DNA of 64,000 nucleotides from Desulfobulbales bacterium (GTDB lineage Bacteria; Desulfobacterota; Desulfobulbia; Desulfobulbales; BM004): NCBI GenBank assembly GCA_041599275.1, contig JBFHWX010000001.1, positions 1,337 to 65,336 of the forward strand, read 5' to 3'. Shown piece by piece: positions 54,953 to 64,000 of this stretch (position 1 is its first letter; each line of letters starts with the position of its first letter). The notes under the pieces were generated by a model. It saw only the letters and a program-made list of their open reading frames with translations, ran no database searches and was not told where the DNA came from. The position numbers and the translations under genes were made by a program.

Positions 54953-56263
54953 ATGCGACTCTTTCAGGCGTTCTACTGGGATTGCCCCCGTTATGAGAAC
55001 AAAAAAGGCGAGTGGTGGAATTTTCTGAAAAAACTGCTGCCTGGCCTGGCGGATATCGGCATCTCCGGGCTCTGGCTGCCGCCATCGGCCAAGTCGAGCC
55101 ATATCGATTCCATGGGCTATGCGCCCTACGACTACTACGACCAGGGCGAGTTCGACCAGAAGGGCGGGGTGAAGACCTGGTTCGGCTCCAAGGACGAGCT
55201 GCGGGGTTTGGTGGCCGCCGCCCACGACCACGGCATGACGGTGATCGCCGACGCGGTGCTCAACCACTGCGATCTGGGTGACGAGCTCGAGCTGAACCCG
55301 CTGACCGGCAGGGAAATGAAGTCGAAATACACGCCCAAGTCCAAAAAATTCACGCGCGACTGGACAAACTTCCACCCCTGCGAGTATTCCTCGGCGGACG
55401 CCGGCGCCTTCTACGGCGACCTCGAGGGCTACGACCTGCCCGATCTCTGCCACGACAACCCCTACACCTACCTCGGTGTCATGGAGTACATCCGCTTCCT
55501 CAAGGACCGGCAGCAGGGCATAGGCTACGACGGCTTCCGCTACGACGCGGTGAAGTACTTCGATTCCTGGATCGTGCAGAGCATCCAGGAATGGCAGAAA
55601 TGTTTTGGAGTAGTGGAGTACTGGGATGGCAGCAAGGAGGCGATCAAAAAATACCTCGACTACATCCGCTGGTCGTGCTCGGCCTTCGATTTTCCGCTGT
55701 TCTACGCCCTGCGGGCAATGTGCGACGACCCGGGCTACGATCTGCGCAGGCTGTGGGGCAGCGGTCTCCTCTTCGAGGCGCCGCACCGCTCGGTCACCTT
55801 CTGCGACAACCACGACACCGACCGTTCCCAACCCATCGTCAACGACAAACTCCTGGCCTACGCCTTCATCCTCACCCACGAGGGCGTGCCCTGCATCTTC
55901 TGGCGCGACTACTTCACCTACGGGCTGTCTCTAGCCGGCACCCCCCACGGCCTCGACGCTCTCTGCCGCCTGCACCGGGACCACGCCGGCGGCGCCACCA
56001 GCCTGCTGCACGCCGACAGCAGTCTCTACATCGCCCAAAGAGACGGTTTCGGAGCACAACAAGGCCTTGTCGTGGTGCTCAACACCGACCCCGACTCCTG
56101 GCGCGGCGCCTGGGTGCAGACCCGCTGGCCACACCGCAAGCTCACCCCGGCCGCCTGGTGGGGCCGGGATCTAGCCCGGCCCATGGACAAGCAGACCGAC
56201 GGTGGCGGCTGGGCCGAGCTCTACGCGCCGCCCCGTGGGTATGCGGTGTATGTGCCGAACTGA
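54953..56263 (+). CDS. Cytoplasmic GH13 alpha-amylase family glycosidase
   Basis: GH13 conserved regions DAVLNHC, GFRYDAVKY, EYWD and FCDNHD. No signal peptide. Confidence 0.9.
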   Translation: MRLFQAFYWDCPRYENKKGEWWNFLKKLLPGLADIGISGLWLPPSAKSSHIDSMGYAPYDYYDQGEFDQKGGVKTWFGSKDELRGLVAAAHDHGMTVIADAVLNHCDLGDELELNPLTGREMKSKYTPKSKKFTRDWTNFHPCEYSSADAGAFYGDLEGYDLPDLCHDNPYTYLGVMEYIRFLKDRQQGIGYDGFRYDAVKYFDSWIVQSIQEWQKCFGVVEYWDGSKEAIKKYLDYIRWSCSAFDFPLFYALRAMCDDPGYDLRRLWGSGLLFEAPHRSVTFCDNHDTDRSQPIVNDKLLAYAFILTHEGVPCIFWRDYFTYGLSLAGTPHGLDALCRLHRDHAGGATSLLHADSSLYIAQRDGFGAQQGLVVVLNTDPDSWRGAWVQTRWPHRKLTPAAWWGRDLARPMDKQTDGGGWAELYAPPRGYAVYVPN

Positions 56264-56405
56264 GGCAGGCAGGAGGCAGGCCACTCAGACCCCCGCAGGA
56301 GCTCACTGAGGTAAGTGGTGATTGCCTTTACAGATTAATAAACCAAACAGACCTCATCGAGGCTTTCCACTGGTAGCAAATCCCAGGCTCTGGTACCGTG
56401 AGGCC

Positions 56406-56675
56406 ATGGTCATCTTCGGAGTCATCACCCTGCTGCTGGTCGCCTATCTCTTTCTGCGCTATGTCCGCAACCGGTGGGCCAACATCTATGCCGGCATCAT
56501 CGTGCTCTCCGGGGCATACGGCGGCCTGGTGAAAGGGAAAATCCTCGGCAGGGGCGGCGCGGTGCTTCTCCAGGGTGACGAGGCCACGCTCATCGGCTGG
56601 CTGTCCCTGGCCTGCGGGCTGGCCATCCTGGTCCGCGGCCTGCTGCAGACGCCGGCCGAGCCCCTGGACGACTGA
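56406..56675 (+). CDS. Small membrane protein (89 aa)
   Basis: ATG-initiated part of ORF 56322..56675, with three hydrophobic helices. Unknown family. Confidence 0.4.
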   Translation: MVIFGVITLLLVAYLFLRYVRNRWANIYAGIIVLSGAYGGLVKGKILGRGGAVLLQGDEATLIGWLSLACGLAILVRGLLQTPAEPLDD

Positions 56676-56741
56676 AAGACGATATCCCGGTCCAGCCTAC
56701 GCTTTCTTCTCGCGTTACCAACAGAACACAAGGAGAAAACC

Positions 56742-57062
56742 ATGTCCGACGCGAAACAGCCCAAACACTACCGACGGCTCGCCAACCTTCATCCCGAGGT
56801 GATGACCGCCCTCGAAAACCTGGGCGCCACCCTGCGCTCGTCAGGCCCCCTTTCCGGCAAGACCACGGAGCTCATCCAATTGGCAGCGGCCGCCGCCATC
56901 GGCTCCGAGGGCTCGGTCCACTCCCACACCCGGCGGGCTGTGGCGGCCGGAGCCAGCCACGAGGAAATCGCCCATACCCTGCTGCTTCTCGTCTCCACCA
57001 TCGGTTTCCCGCGGGTGGCGGCGGCTCTGAGCTGGACCCGGGATATTCTGAGCGAACAGTAA
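56742..57062 (+). CDS. Carboxymuconolactone decarboxylase (AhpD-like) family protein
   Basis: ..KTTELIQLAAAAAIGSEGSVHSHTRRAVAAGASHEEIAHTLL.. matches the CMD core. The usual CxxC is replaced by GSEGS. Confidence 0.7.
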   Translation: MSDAKQPKHYRRLANLHPEVMTALENLGATLRSSGPLSGKTTELIQLAAAAAIGSEGSVHSHTRRAVAAGASHEEIAHTLLLLVSTIGFPRVAAALSWTRDILSEQ

Positions 57063-57091
57063 AAGACTTCGGTCAGGCCCTACCCGTTGCC

Positions 57092-59467
57092 TCAGAGCAA
57101 AGCGCCGTCGAAGTTGAAAGAAGAAAGGCGGGGGCCGCGGCCGGCGCGGCCGAACTGTTTGAGCAGTTCCTCGAGGCTCTCGGCCTTGAGACGCAGGGAG
57201 CGGAGGTCGATCACCAGGAAGTCGAGACCGGCGGCGGCAAGGTCGTTTGCCCGGTCGAGGAGCGAGAAAGGCTTCATGCCGAGCGCCACGGTGAGGCCGT
57301 CGCGTTTCTCGAGAACAAAGCTCTCGCCTTTGGGTGAGACAAAGGGCTTGTTGTAGCGGAAATGGCCGTCCACCAGCCGCGCCGTGAAGAGCGGCGGCCG
57401 GCCGTAGACGGTGAGGCCCACGGAGATCCTGCGCCCTGCCCTGCCCCCATCGAGGCCAGCCCGGTAACCGGCCAGGGCGGATTCGAGGCTGGCCCGGTCG
57501 GTTTCCAGGGCGAACTGTACGCCGCGCAACCCGTGCGCGGCAAGCGCCGCCAGGCTCTGGGAGTTGAGCACGTTCAGGGTAAAGCCGCCATAGAGGGCGG
57601 GCCGCCGCGGGCCGCCGAAAAAGCCAAGCTGGCTGATGTGGCCAAGCTGCCAGGCGTAGAAACCCGCCCGCAGCAGCCCATGCACCGCGCTGGCGTAGAA
57701 CCGCAGCGCTCCCTCGTGGATCACCGGCGGCAGGGCCCAGATTAACTTCTTCTCCCAGTATTCCAGGTAACGGCGGCCAGCGCCAAACTGCCGGTAGGTG
57801 TCGCGGTTGAGCGGCACCACGATGCGGTCGGGCTCCACCGCGAGCTTCTGCTTGAGAAGGGACAAAACGTCGAGGCAGAGCCAGAGTTCGGCACTCTGCC
57901 GCTGGCCGCCCTTCGGGCCGCCGGGCCGCGGCTGACCGCCCTTCTTCTGGAAACTTTTACCGCTCTCCACCGCCAGGGCAACTGGCGGCTCTTTGCCCGG
58001 TCCGGCCCCCACGCTCATCTGCCGGAGCACGGTTTCCGCCCGCTTGCCGATCCTGGCGAGGATCTCGTTGTCAACAGGCCGCAGGCCCGTCTCCAGCCCG
58101 CTCTTCCCTTCCAGTTCGCGGCGGGCCGCGGCATCCACCTTGTAGAGCAGATCGCCGGCCTCGAAATCCACGGGCAGCGGGCACGACACCCGCTCACCGG
58201 CCAGGGCCTGGCGCCGTTCTTCTCCGTTCACCGCGAGTTCCGTCAGGGTGAAGGCAAAACGCTCTCCGCTCTTTTCCTGGTGCAGCCGCAACCGGTCACC
58301 CACTTCGAGCCGCTCCCGCAGCACGAGTTCGGCCCGCCTGCCCTTGCCGGTGAGTTCGATGCGGCCCAGGAAGAGCCCGATATTGCCCGAGTGGGCCGGC
58401 GCCAGGATATCGTCGGTGCGCAGGCCGCCGAAATAACCGGCGGTGGTCCTGCGGCTCATGGCGCCCTCGAGCAGGTGCCGGGCCTCGGCCCGGATTTTTT
58501 CGTCTTCCGGCGGCCCGTCGAGAACCAGCCGGTAGGCCCGCACCACGCGCTCCACGTAGCTCGCGGAACGCAACCTTCCTTCTATCTTCAGCGAGGTGAC
58601 CCCGACCCGGGCCAGATCGGCCAGATGATCGATGCCGCAGAGATCGTTCATCGAGAAGAGATACCCCCCTCCCCTGCCAGCCCCCCCTTCCTTGGCGGAC
58701 CAGGAATAGCGGCGGCGGCAGGGCTGCACGCAGCGGCCGCGCAGGCCGGACTTGCCGCCCAGATAGGAGCTGAACAGGCACAGCCCGGAATAGGCGAAAC
58801 AGAGCGCGCCGTGCACGAAGACCTCGATCTCCACCGGGCTCCGGCGGCAAAGCGTCTCGATTTCAGGCAGGGTCAGCTCCCGGGCCAGCACCACCCGGGA
58901 AAAGCCCATCTCGGCAAACTGCCCAACCGCCATGCTGTTGTGGGCGCCCAGCAGCGTCGAGGCATGCAGACGCAACTCCGGGAAAAAGCGGCGGGCCAGA
59001 TGGTAGACCCCCAGGTCCTGGACGATCAATGCATCTGGCCGCAGGTGGGCAAGTTCGGCCAGCAGCCGCACCGCCTGCGGGACCTCCTCTTCCTTCATCA
59101 GGCTGTTCATCGCCAGGTAGAGTTTTTTGCCGTGGCCGTGGGCGTAGTCGGTCATCGCACCGATCTCCGGCAGGGTGAAATCCCGCCCCAGAGCCCGGGC
59201 ATTGAGGGCCGGCGCTCCTATATAGACGGCGTCGGCGCCGGCACTCAGTGCCGCCTCGAAAGCGGCCATGTTGCCGGCCGGCGCCAGAAGCTCCATCTTC
59301 TTCGGGTCGCCCGCCGCCTCGGCTCCGCCTCCCCCATGTCCCTCCTTTCCAGGACGGCGGGCCTCCTGGGCCACCCGTTCCGGTCGCTTGCTCACAGAAC
59401 CACTGGCCCGCCGGGCAGTCTTCTTGCCGGCGACGGTTTTCTTGCCCTGCTTCTTTCCCTTACTCAT
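57092..59467 (-). CDS. Peptidase U32 family protein (long form) with Lys-rich N-terminal tail
   Basis: ELLAPAGN..DAVYIG..HASTLL..VHGALCFAYSGLCLFSSY..GRCVQPCRR core. Start MSKGKKQGKK (ATG at 59467), ATGA overlap with the rhomboid stop. Confidence 0.8.
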   Translation of the reverse strand: MSKGKKQGKKTVAGKKTARRASGSVSKRPERVAQEARRPGKEGHGGGGAEAAGDPKKMELLAPAGNMAAFEAALSAGADAVYIGAPALNARALGRDFTLPEIGAMTDYAHGHGKKLYLAMNSLMKEEEVPQAVRLLAELAHLRPDALIVQDLGVYHLARRFFPELRLHASTLLGAHNSMAVGQFAEMGFSRVVLARELTLPEIETLCRRSPVEIEVFVHGALCFAYSGLCLFSSYLGGKSGLRGRCVQPCRRRYSWSAKEGGAGRGGGYLFSMNDLCGIDHLADLARVGVTSLKIEGRLRSASYVERVVRAYRLVLDGPPEDEKIRAEARHLLEGAMSRRTTAGYFGGLRTDDILAPAHSGNIGLFLGRIELTGKGRRAELVLRERLEVGDRLRLHQEKSGERFAFTLTELAVNGEERRQALAGERVSCPLPVDFEAGDLLYKVDAAARRELEGKSGLETGLRPVDNEILARIGKRAETVLRQMSVGAGPGKEPPVALAVESGKSFQKKGGQPRPGGPKGGQRQSAELWLCLDVLSLLKQKLAVEPDRIVVPLNRDTYRQFGAGRRYLEYWEKKLIWALPPVIHEGALRFYASAVHGLLRAGFYAWQLGHISQLGFFGGPRRPALYGGFTLNVLNSQSLAALAAHGLRGVQFALETDRASLESALAGYRAGLDGGRAGRRISVGLTVYGRPPLFTARLVDGHFRYNKPFVSPKGESFVLEKRDGLTVALGMKPFSLLDRANDLAAAGLDFLVIDLRSLRLKAESLEELLKQFGRAGRGPRLSSFNFDGALL

Positions 59468-60186
59468 GCCCACCAGCCCCGGCGCTGCCAGCGCCGCGTT
59501 TTCTGTTTGGCCTGCCGTTCCCGGAACAGCGGAACAAGCCCGGCGCCGGCCACGAAACCGCCGAAATGGGCCCACCAGGCCACCCCGCCCATCTCCTGGT
59601 CGCCGGCTGAGGCCAGAAAGGTCATTGCCGAGCCCTGCAGCAACTGAAGCGCCGCCCACAGGCCGAGGAAAAAGTAGGCCGGTACCTCGAAGAGATAGAA
59701 AAAAATGAAAATGGGGAAAAGAGTCACGATACGGGCCCGTGGATAGGTGAGGAAATAGGCCCCCATGACGCCGGAGATGGCGCCGCTCGCCCCCACCAGG
59801 GGCAGGGACGAAGCAGGGGCGGAAAAGTACTGGGCAAGCACCGAGGCGGTGCCGCAGAGCAGAAAAAAGACACTATAGCGGAAATGGCCCATGCTGTCCT
59901 CGACATTGTCGCCGAAGATCCACAGCATCCACATATTGCCCACCAGATGCAGAAGGGAACCGTGCAGGAACATGGAGGAAAACACCGGCACCAGGGCCGG
60001 CGCGGAAAAGCCCTCGGCCAGCGCCGCCGAAAACCGGGCCGGCACGAACCCGTAATCGTAGAGGAAAGCTTCGAGGTGAGGGCCCATCCTTCCTTCCAGC
60101 AGAAAGAAAGCGACGTTCAGGCCGATCAGCAGAAAATTGACAAAGGGAAAGCGCTGGGCCGGGATATTGTCTTTGAGGGGAAACAT
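59464..60186 (-). CDS. Rhomboid family intramembrane serine protease
   Basis: FLHGSLLHLVGNM and GASGAISGV catalytic motifs. Multi-TM protein. Confidence 0.9.
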   Translation of the reverse strand: MFPLKDNIPAQRFPFVNFLLIGLNVAFFLLEGRMGPHLEAFLYDYGFVPARFSAALAEGFSAPALVPVFSSMFLHGSLLHLVGNMWMLWIFGDNVEDSMGHFRYSVFFLLCGTASVLAQYFSAPASSLPLVGASGAISGVMGAYFLTYPRARIVTLFPIFIFFYLFEVPAYFFLGLWAALQLLQGSAMTFLASAGDQEMGGVAWWAHFGGFVAGAGLVPLFRERQAKQKTRRWQRRGWWA

Positions 60187-60284
60187 GTGTTCACACGGGA
60201 CGGCGAGGCGGGAACAGATGGAGCCGGGCCGACCGGGCGCAGAGGCTGGCGTGGCCCGGGGGTGGTAACGGGCCGGGAGAAAAT

Positions 60285-61748
60285 CTACTCACCGAGACTG
60301 GACCAGAGGGGCAGCAGTTCCATGGGCGGCAGGGGCAGGATGAAGTAAAAGTTGTTGCCTTCCTCGGTGGGTTCGTAGCCCACCTGGCCGCCGTGGATTT
60401 CCACCACGTGCTTGACAAAGGCGAGACCGTGGCCGGTGCCGAACTGGGCCGGGCTGTTGCTGCCCCGGGTTCCCTCGCTGAAGATGATTCGCGCCTCGTC
60501 GGCGGGCAGGTGGGGTCCGGTGGAAAAAACATTGAATTTGATACCCTGCTGGCCCTGACCGAAATGGTTGTAGAGGATCTCCCGGCCATAGGCCAGGGCC
60601 TTGCGGGGCAGGCCCCGGTGGTCGATGATCTCCCTGGTGTACTTCACGGCGTTGGAAAAGAGGTTGGCGTACACCTGGGCAAGCAGCCCCACGTCGACCA
60701 TGAGCGGGATCTCCTCGCCGGCCATGCCCACCGGCTCGTCGATACTTATCCCCTGGGCCTCCAGCCGTTTGAGGTATTGCTCGAGCTGCGGCTTGATGAT
60801 CTCCTCCACCACCCGGCAACGCCGGGCCTGCAGCACCAGATGCCCCTTTTCGAAGTGTTCGCGGCGGAACAAACTCTCCAGGAAGAGGGAGAGATTGGCG
60901 TGGTGCTTCTGCATCTGCTTGTGGTAGTCGTCGAGGTCACCGCGCAGGATGGTTATCCTCTCCATGATCCGCTGGCAGTCGGGATCCTCGGAGGTCCCCC
61001 GCTTGGCCTGCAGCTCACCCATCATGACCTGCAGCTCCTGGAGCTCGCCGATCTTCTTCTTGAGCTGGTTGAAAAGGTGCCTGAAGTACATGTTGGGGAT
61101 GATGACATTGTGCTCGATGTCCATCACCAGGGTGTTGATGAACTTCAGGTGGCGGATGTTCTGGCGAGCCACCAGCCGGTTGTGGAGGCGGAAACCGATG
61201 CGGTTGGTGTATTTGGAAAGAAAAAACTTTTCCTGCCGGGAGAGCTTTTCCAGCGGCTTGACCTCGAACATGCCGAGCAACTGGGCCTGCAGCTCCCAGG
61301 AACAGTTCGCCGGCGAGAAGAGGTTGAGGGCGGCCGGCCGGGCAGGTGCCGCATCGGCGGAAGGCGGACGCTGGAACACCGGGACGACCAGGGAAGAACC
61401 GGTTTCGTAGACGATGTCCGAGCACCGCACCCGTGAAGGGGCCGGCTGGGGATCGGTCAGCACTCCCTGCTCGGAGTCGCAGACCAGGAGCAGGCCGTCT
61501 CTTTCGGGATGAAGCAGGTAGAGCGCACTTTCCACCCCCATGGTTTCCAGCAGCACGGCGACACTGATCCGGTAGAGATCGCGCAGGCTGTCGAATTCCT
61601 GGGAAAGGTCGAAGAAGCTCTTGAGGATGGTATTCTGCTGCTCGGTGAAGTTGTAGGCGGTATACGCCTCCACCTTCTCGCGCAGACGTTGGCGGATCAG
61701 GGCCAAATCCGCTCTTTCGCTTGTCGGCTGAACCATGGGATCCCCCAC
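60285..61748 (-). CDS. Atypical cytoplasmic histidine-kinase-like protein (GAF-like N-terminus, HATPase_c)
   Basis: ATPase boxes NLFSNAVKYT and GTGHGLAFVKHVVEIHGG. Degenerate H-box region DIEHNVIIPN. The start is GTG at 61748 or ATG at 61736. Confidence 0.7.
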   Translation of the reverse strand: MGDPMVQPTSERADLALIRQRLREKVEAYTAYNFTEQQNTILKSFFDLSQEFDSLRDLYRISVAVLLETMGVESALYLLHPERDGLLLVCDSEQGVLTDPQPAPSRVRCSDIVYETGSSLVVPVFQRPPSADAAPARPAALNLFSPANCSWELQAQLLGMFEVKPLEKLSRQEKFFLSKYTNRIGFRLHNRLVARQNIRHLKFINTLVMDIEHNVIIPNMYFRHLFNQLKKKIGELQELQVMMGELQAKRGTSEDPDCQRIMERITILRGDLDDYHKQMQKHHANLSLFLESLFRREHFEKGHLVLQARRCRVVEEIIKPQLEQYLKRLEAQGISIDEPVGMAGEEIPLMVDVGLLAQVYANLFSNAVKYTREIIDHRGLPRKALAYGREILYNHFGQGQQGIKFNVFSTGPHLPADEARIIFSEGTRGSNSPAQFGTGHGLAFVKHVVEIHGGQVGYEPTEEGNNFYFILPLPPMELLPLWSSLGE

Positions 61749-61762
61749 AGTGGAAGTGCCAG

Positions 61763-62305
61763 CTACGATGTTTTCTCCAGAATAACCTCGTCGCCGTGGC
61801 CGGTTTCCTGGAGCAACACATGCACGTGCTCGCCTGCCTCCACCTGCTGGTCGAGTCCGGAATAGTTGGCCTGGATCGGCAATTCCCGGCCGCCCCGGTC
61901 GACCAGCACGGCAAGCTCGATGCGTTTGGGCCGGCCGTAATCCATGATGGCGTCGAGGGCGGCGCGGATGGTGCGGCCGGTAAACAGCACGTCGTCCACC
62001 AGGACCACGATCTTCTCCTCCACCTTGAAGGGGATATTGGTCTTGCGGACGATGGGATTCATGGAGACGAGACTCCAGTCATCCCGGTAGAGGGTGATGT
62101 CGAGGGTGGCGATGGGCAGCTCGACGCCTTCCTGCTCGGCGATGATTTTCCGGATGCGCTCGGCGAGATAGACGCCGCCGGTATGGATGCCGATAAGCGC
62201 CAGGTCTTCGATGGGCCCGGCCTGCTCGAGGATCTGCAGGGCGATGCGAGCCAGGGAGCGTTCTATGTCTTGGCTCGTCATGATGCAGCGTTTGGTTGAT
62301 GCCAT
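61763..62305 (-). CDS. pyrR: Bifunctional pyrimidine regulatory protein / uracil phosphoribosyltransferase
   Basis: PRPP motif VVLVDDVLFTGRTIRAA and ..GIHTGGVYLA.. . GGGAGGA RBS. Confidence 0.9.
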   Translation of the reverse strand: MASTKRCIMTSQDIERSLARIALQILEQAGPIEDLALIGIHTGGVYLAERIRKIIAEQEGVELPIATLDITLYRDDWSLVSMNPIVRKTNIPFKVEEKIVVLVDDVLFTGRTIRAALDAIMDYGRPKRIELAVLVDRGGRELPIQANYSGLDQQVEAGEHVHVLLQETGHGDEVILEKTS

Positions 62306-62383
62306 GCTTTCCTCCCAAAAACAGTGGTGTTTCAGGACCGGTTGCCGAAGGTTACCACGGCACGGCGGTGCAATCGAACAGAC

Positions 62384-62953
62384 TCATTTCCAAAAATGGT
62401 CGACCCCCTTGGCGTCCACCAGGTTGATGGCCTCGGGAAAGGCCTCGCATTCGGCGGCGAAAACCCGGGCCGCGATGTCCTCGGGGCTGTCTTTCTCGTC
62501 GAGGGCCACGCATCTCTGGACCACGATGGGCCCCTCGTCGTAGACCTCGTTGGCGAAATGCACGGTGCAGCCGCTCACCCGGCAGCCCCGCCGGTGCACT
62601 GCCCGGTGCACGTGCATACCGTAGTAGCCGGCCCCGGCAAAGGCTGGAATGAGCGACGGGTGGATGTTGAGCACCCGGCGGGCAAGGGCCGGCGGCGGCT
62701 GGTAGAGCTTGAGATAGCCGGCCAGGCAGACGAGATCGATCTCGTAGCGGCCCAGGATCTCGTTGGTGGCCGCGCTGCCCTTGGCGGCAAAGGCCGGGTA
62801 GCCGTACTTCCTGGCCTTCTCGAGGCCAAGGGCGTCGGCCATGTTGGAGATCACCACCTCGATCCGGGCCTGCAGAGTGCCACCCTGGATCCGTTCATGG
62901 AAGTTGTCGAGGGTCCGCCCGGAGCCGGAAAGAAGAACGCCCAGCCGCAGCAT
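62384..62953 (-). CDS. purN: Phosphoribosylglycinamide formyltransferase
   Basis: GVLLSGSGRTL, NIHPSLIPAFAG and GCTVHF motifs. TAATG overlap with the upstream gene. Confidence 0.9.
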   Translation of the reverse strand: MLRLGVLLSGSGRTLDNFHERIQGGTLQARIEVVISNMADALGLEKARKYGYPAFAAKGSAATNEILGRYEIDLVCLAGYLKLYQPPPALARRVLNIHPSLIPAFAGAGYYGMHVHRAVHRRGCRVSGCTVHFANEVYDEGPIVVQRCVALDEKDSPEDIAARVFAAECEAFPEAINLVDAKGVDHFWK

Positions 62954-63576
62954 TACTTGTCTCCGGCAAAGTGCGGGTTGGTGTCGGTGTCCACCTTCTC
63001 GAGCCAGGCGGCAATCGCCGTGTCGTAGCGGCTGGTGAGCTGGAAAACCTTGGTGGCCAGCTTGAAGCGGGTGGCGAGCGTGGTGTGGCCCTTTTCCTTC
63101 AGCTCTTTCACCACCTGGGGGTAGTCGGCCGGGTCGACGATGACCGTGACGTCCTGAAAATTCTTGGCCGCGGCCCGCAGCATGGTGGGGCCGCCAATGT
63201 CGATGTTCTCGATGGCATTGGCCACCGTGCAGTTCGGGTCGGCGGTGGCCTTGTCGAAGGCGTAGAGGTTGACGGCGATGATATCGATGTACTGCAGGCC
63301 GTGCTCGGCCATGGCCGCCTGGTGCTCCTTGTTTTCCCGCTGGGCGAGGATGCCGCCATGCACCTTGGGGTGCAGGGTCTTCACCCGGCCGTCGAGCATC
63401 TCCGGGAAACCGGTGAACTGAGAGACATCCTTCACGGCAAGGCCGGCGTCCCGCAGCTTCTTGGCGGTGCCGCCGGTGGAGAGGATCTCGATACCGAGAC
63501 CGACGAGTTCCTTGGCAAAACCCTCGATGCCGGATTTATCGGTAAGGCTGATCAGCGCCCGTTCTGCTTTCTTCAT
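62953..63576 (-). CDS. Stand-alone IMP cyclohydrolase (PurH N-terminal MGS-like domain only)
   Basis: 207 aa: [46 protein letters not shown]. The AICAR formyltransferase half is absent. Confidence 0.85.
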   Translation of the reverse strand: MKKAERALISLTDKSGIEGFAKELVGLGIEILSTGGTAKKLRDAGLAVKDVSQFTGFPEMLDGRVKTLHPKVHGGILAQRENKEHQAAMAEHGLQYIDIIAVNLYAFDKATADPNCTVANAIENIDIGGPTMLRAAAKNFQDVTVIVDPADYPQVVKELKEKGHTTLATRFKLATKVFQLTSRYDTAIAAWLEKVDTDTNPHFAGDK

Positions 63577-63624
63577 GCGACTGCTCCTTGGATTCTCACT
63601 CTTTGGTTATATGTATGGTAGAAC

Positions 63625-63735
63625 TGTAAAAAATGAACCCAGGCGGCGGCCCAAACCAGCACCACCGTGGCCTGCGTCATGCCGTTGCTGCATGGATGCC
63701 TCGGCGCCCTCGACACCACGACTCCTGGCCATACG
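63625..63735 (-). promoter_or_regulatory. ZTP (pfl-motif) riboswitch candidate in the purine-operon leader
   Basis: The minus-strand RNA contains GGAGUCGUGGUGUCG ... CCACGGUGG ... GCCGCCGCCUGGGUUC, followed by a U6 run. About 50 nt upstream of the AAGGAG RBS and ATG at 63576. Confidence 0.6.
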
Positions 63736-63759
63736 ATGGACTTTCTGCCGGTCCATCCT

Positions 63760-64000
63760 TCAGGACTTGCGGATGAAATCGCGGATGAGGCGCCGGTCCC
63801 GCTTGCCCGGCCTCCCGGCGGGGCCGGAGGAGCCGGCATTCTGGAGTTTCCTCTCTTCACTTGCCTGCTGCCGGGCCGCGATGCTCTCCTCGGATTCCTG
63901 GTAAAGCAGGCGAGCCGCCGAAGCGGGCCCCCTCTTCTCGGCAAGGGCGAGGACGCTAACGGAAAAAATTTCCTCGGCCCGCCGGATCAGCAATCTGTCG
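63760..64000 (-). CDS. 3' end of an unidentified CDS (5' end outside window)
   Basis: The frame is open to the window edge. The basic C-terminus is ..GKRDRRLIRDFIRKS. I recognise no family. Confidence 0.3.
   Translation of the reverse strand, partial: DRLLIRRAEEIFSVSVLALAEKRGPASAARLLYQESEESIAARQQASEERKLQNAGSSGPAGRPGKRDRRLIRDFIRKS

Noticed and set aside
62306-62383. PyrR-binding attenuator hairpin upstream of pyrR
   Set aside because: The purN-pyrR spacer lacks the conserved PyrR binding loop (..UCCAGAGAGG..). It contains only an RBS.

Overview
GC-rich bacterial chromosomal window. The gene content fits an anaerobic, Desulfobacterota-like diazotroph, but that assignment is an inference. I found no rRNA, tRNA, CRISPR array, transposase or integrase. 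Most long antisense ORFs in the track are GC artefacts. Layout: (1) 1-12.5 kb is a nitrogen-fixation island. On the minus strand it carries nifH-nifI1-nifI2-nifD-nifK, then a NifB-like gene whose radical-SAM cysteine motif is missing, a [2Fe-2S] ferredoxin, a GNAT and a HEPN-like gene. A nifA-like sigma54 activator is divergent, nifV is convergent with it, and sigma54-type promoters lie upstream of nifH and nifV. (2) 12.9-23 kb is a signalling block: TonB-dependent receptor, YfiR-like protein, an output-less CHASE8/HAMP/PAS/GAF sensor, a PAS histidine kinase and a receiver, followed by a PAS-GAF protein and a receiver-HD-GYP protein. (3) 23.2-32.2 kb is the best candidate for an undescribed system. 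It is a five-gene operon: a glycyl radical enzyme with an extra C-terminal SCP2-like domain, its activase, a His/Asp-rich putative metallohydrolase, an 803-aa internally duplicated protein and a membrane protein. (4) 32.3-33.8 kb encodes a GAF-HD-GYP protein. (5) 33.9-41.9 kb is a nine-gene A/V-type ATPase operon. (6) 42.9-49.7 kb encodes a secreted protein with thrombospondin type-3 repeats, a LamG-like secreted protein, and a STAND ATPase whose SARP DNA-binding module is at the C-terminus. An 11-bp tandem repeat sits in the target promoter. (7) 49.9-56.3 kb holds a decayed, internally deleted copy and an intact copy of a GH13 alpha-amylase gene, flanking a solute-binding protein and hybrid kinase pair. 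(8) 56.4-64 kb is housekeeping: a CMD-family protein, U32 peptidase, rhomboid, an atypical kinase, pyrR, purN and a stand-alone IMP cyclohydrolase domain preceded by a ZTP (pfl-motif) riboswitch candidate.
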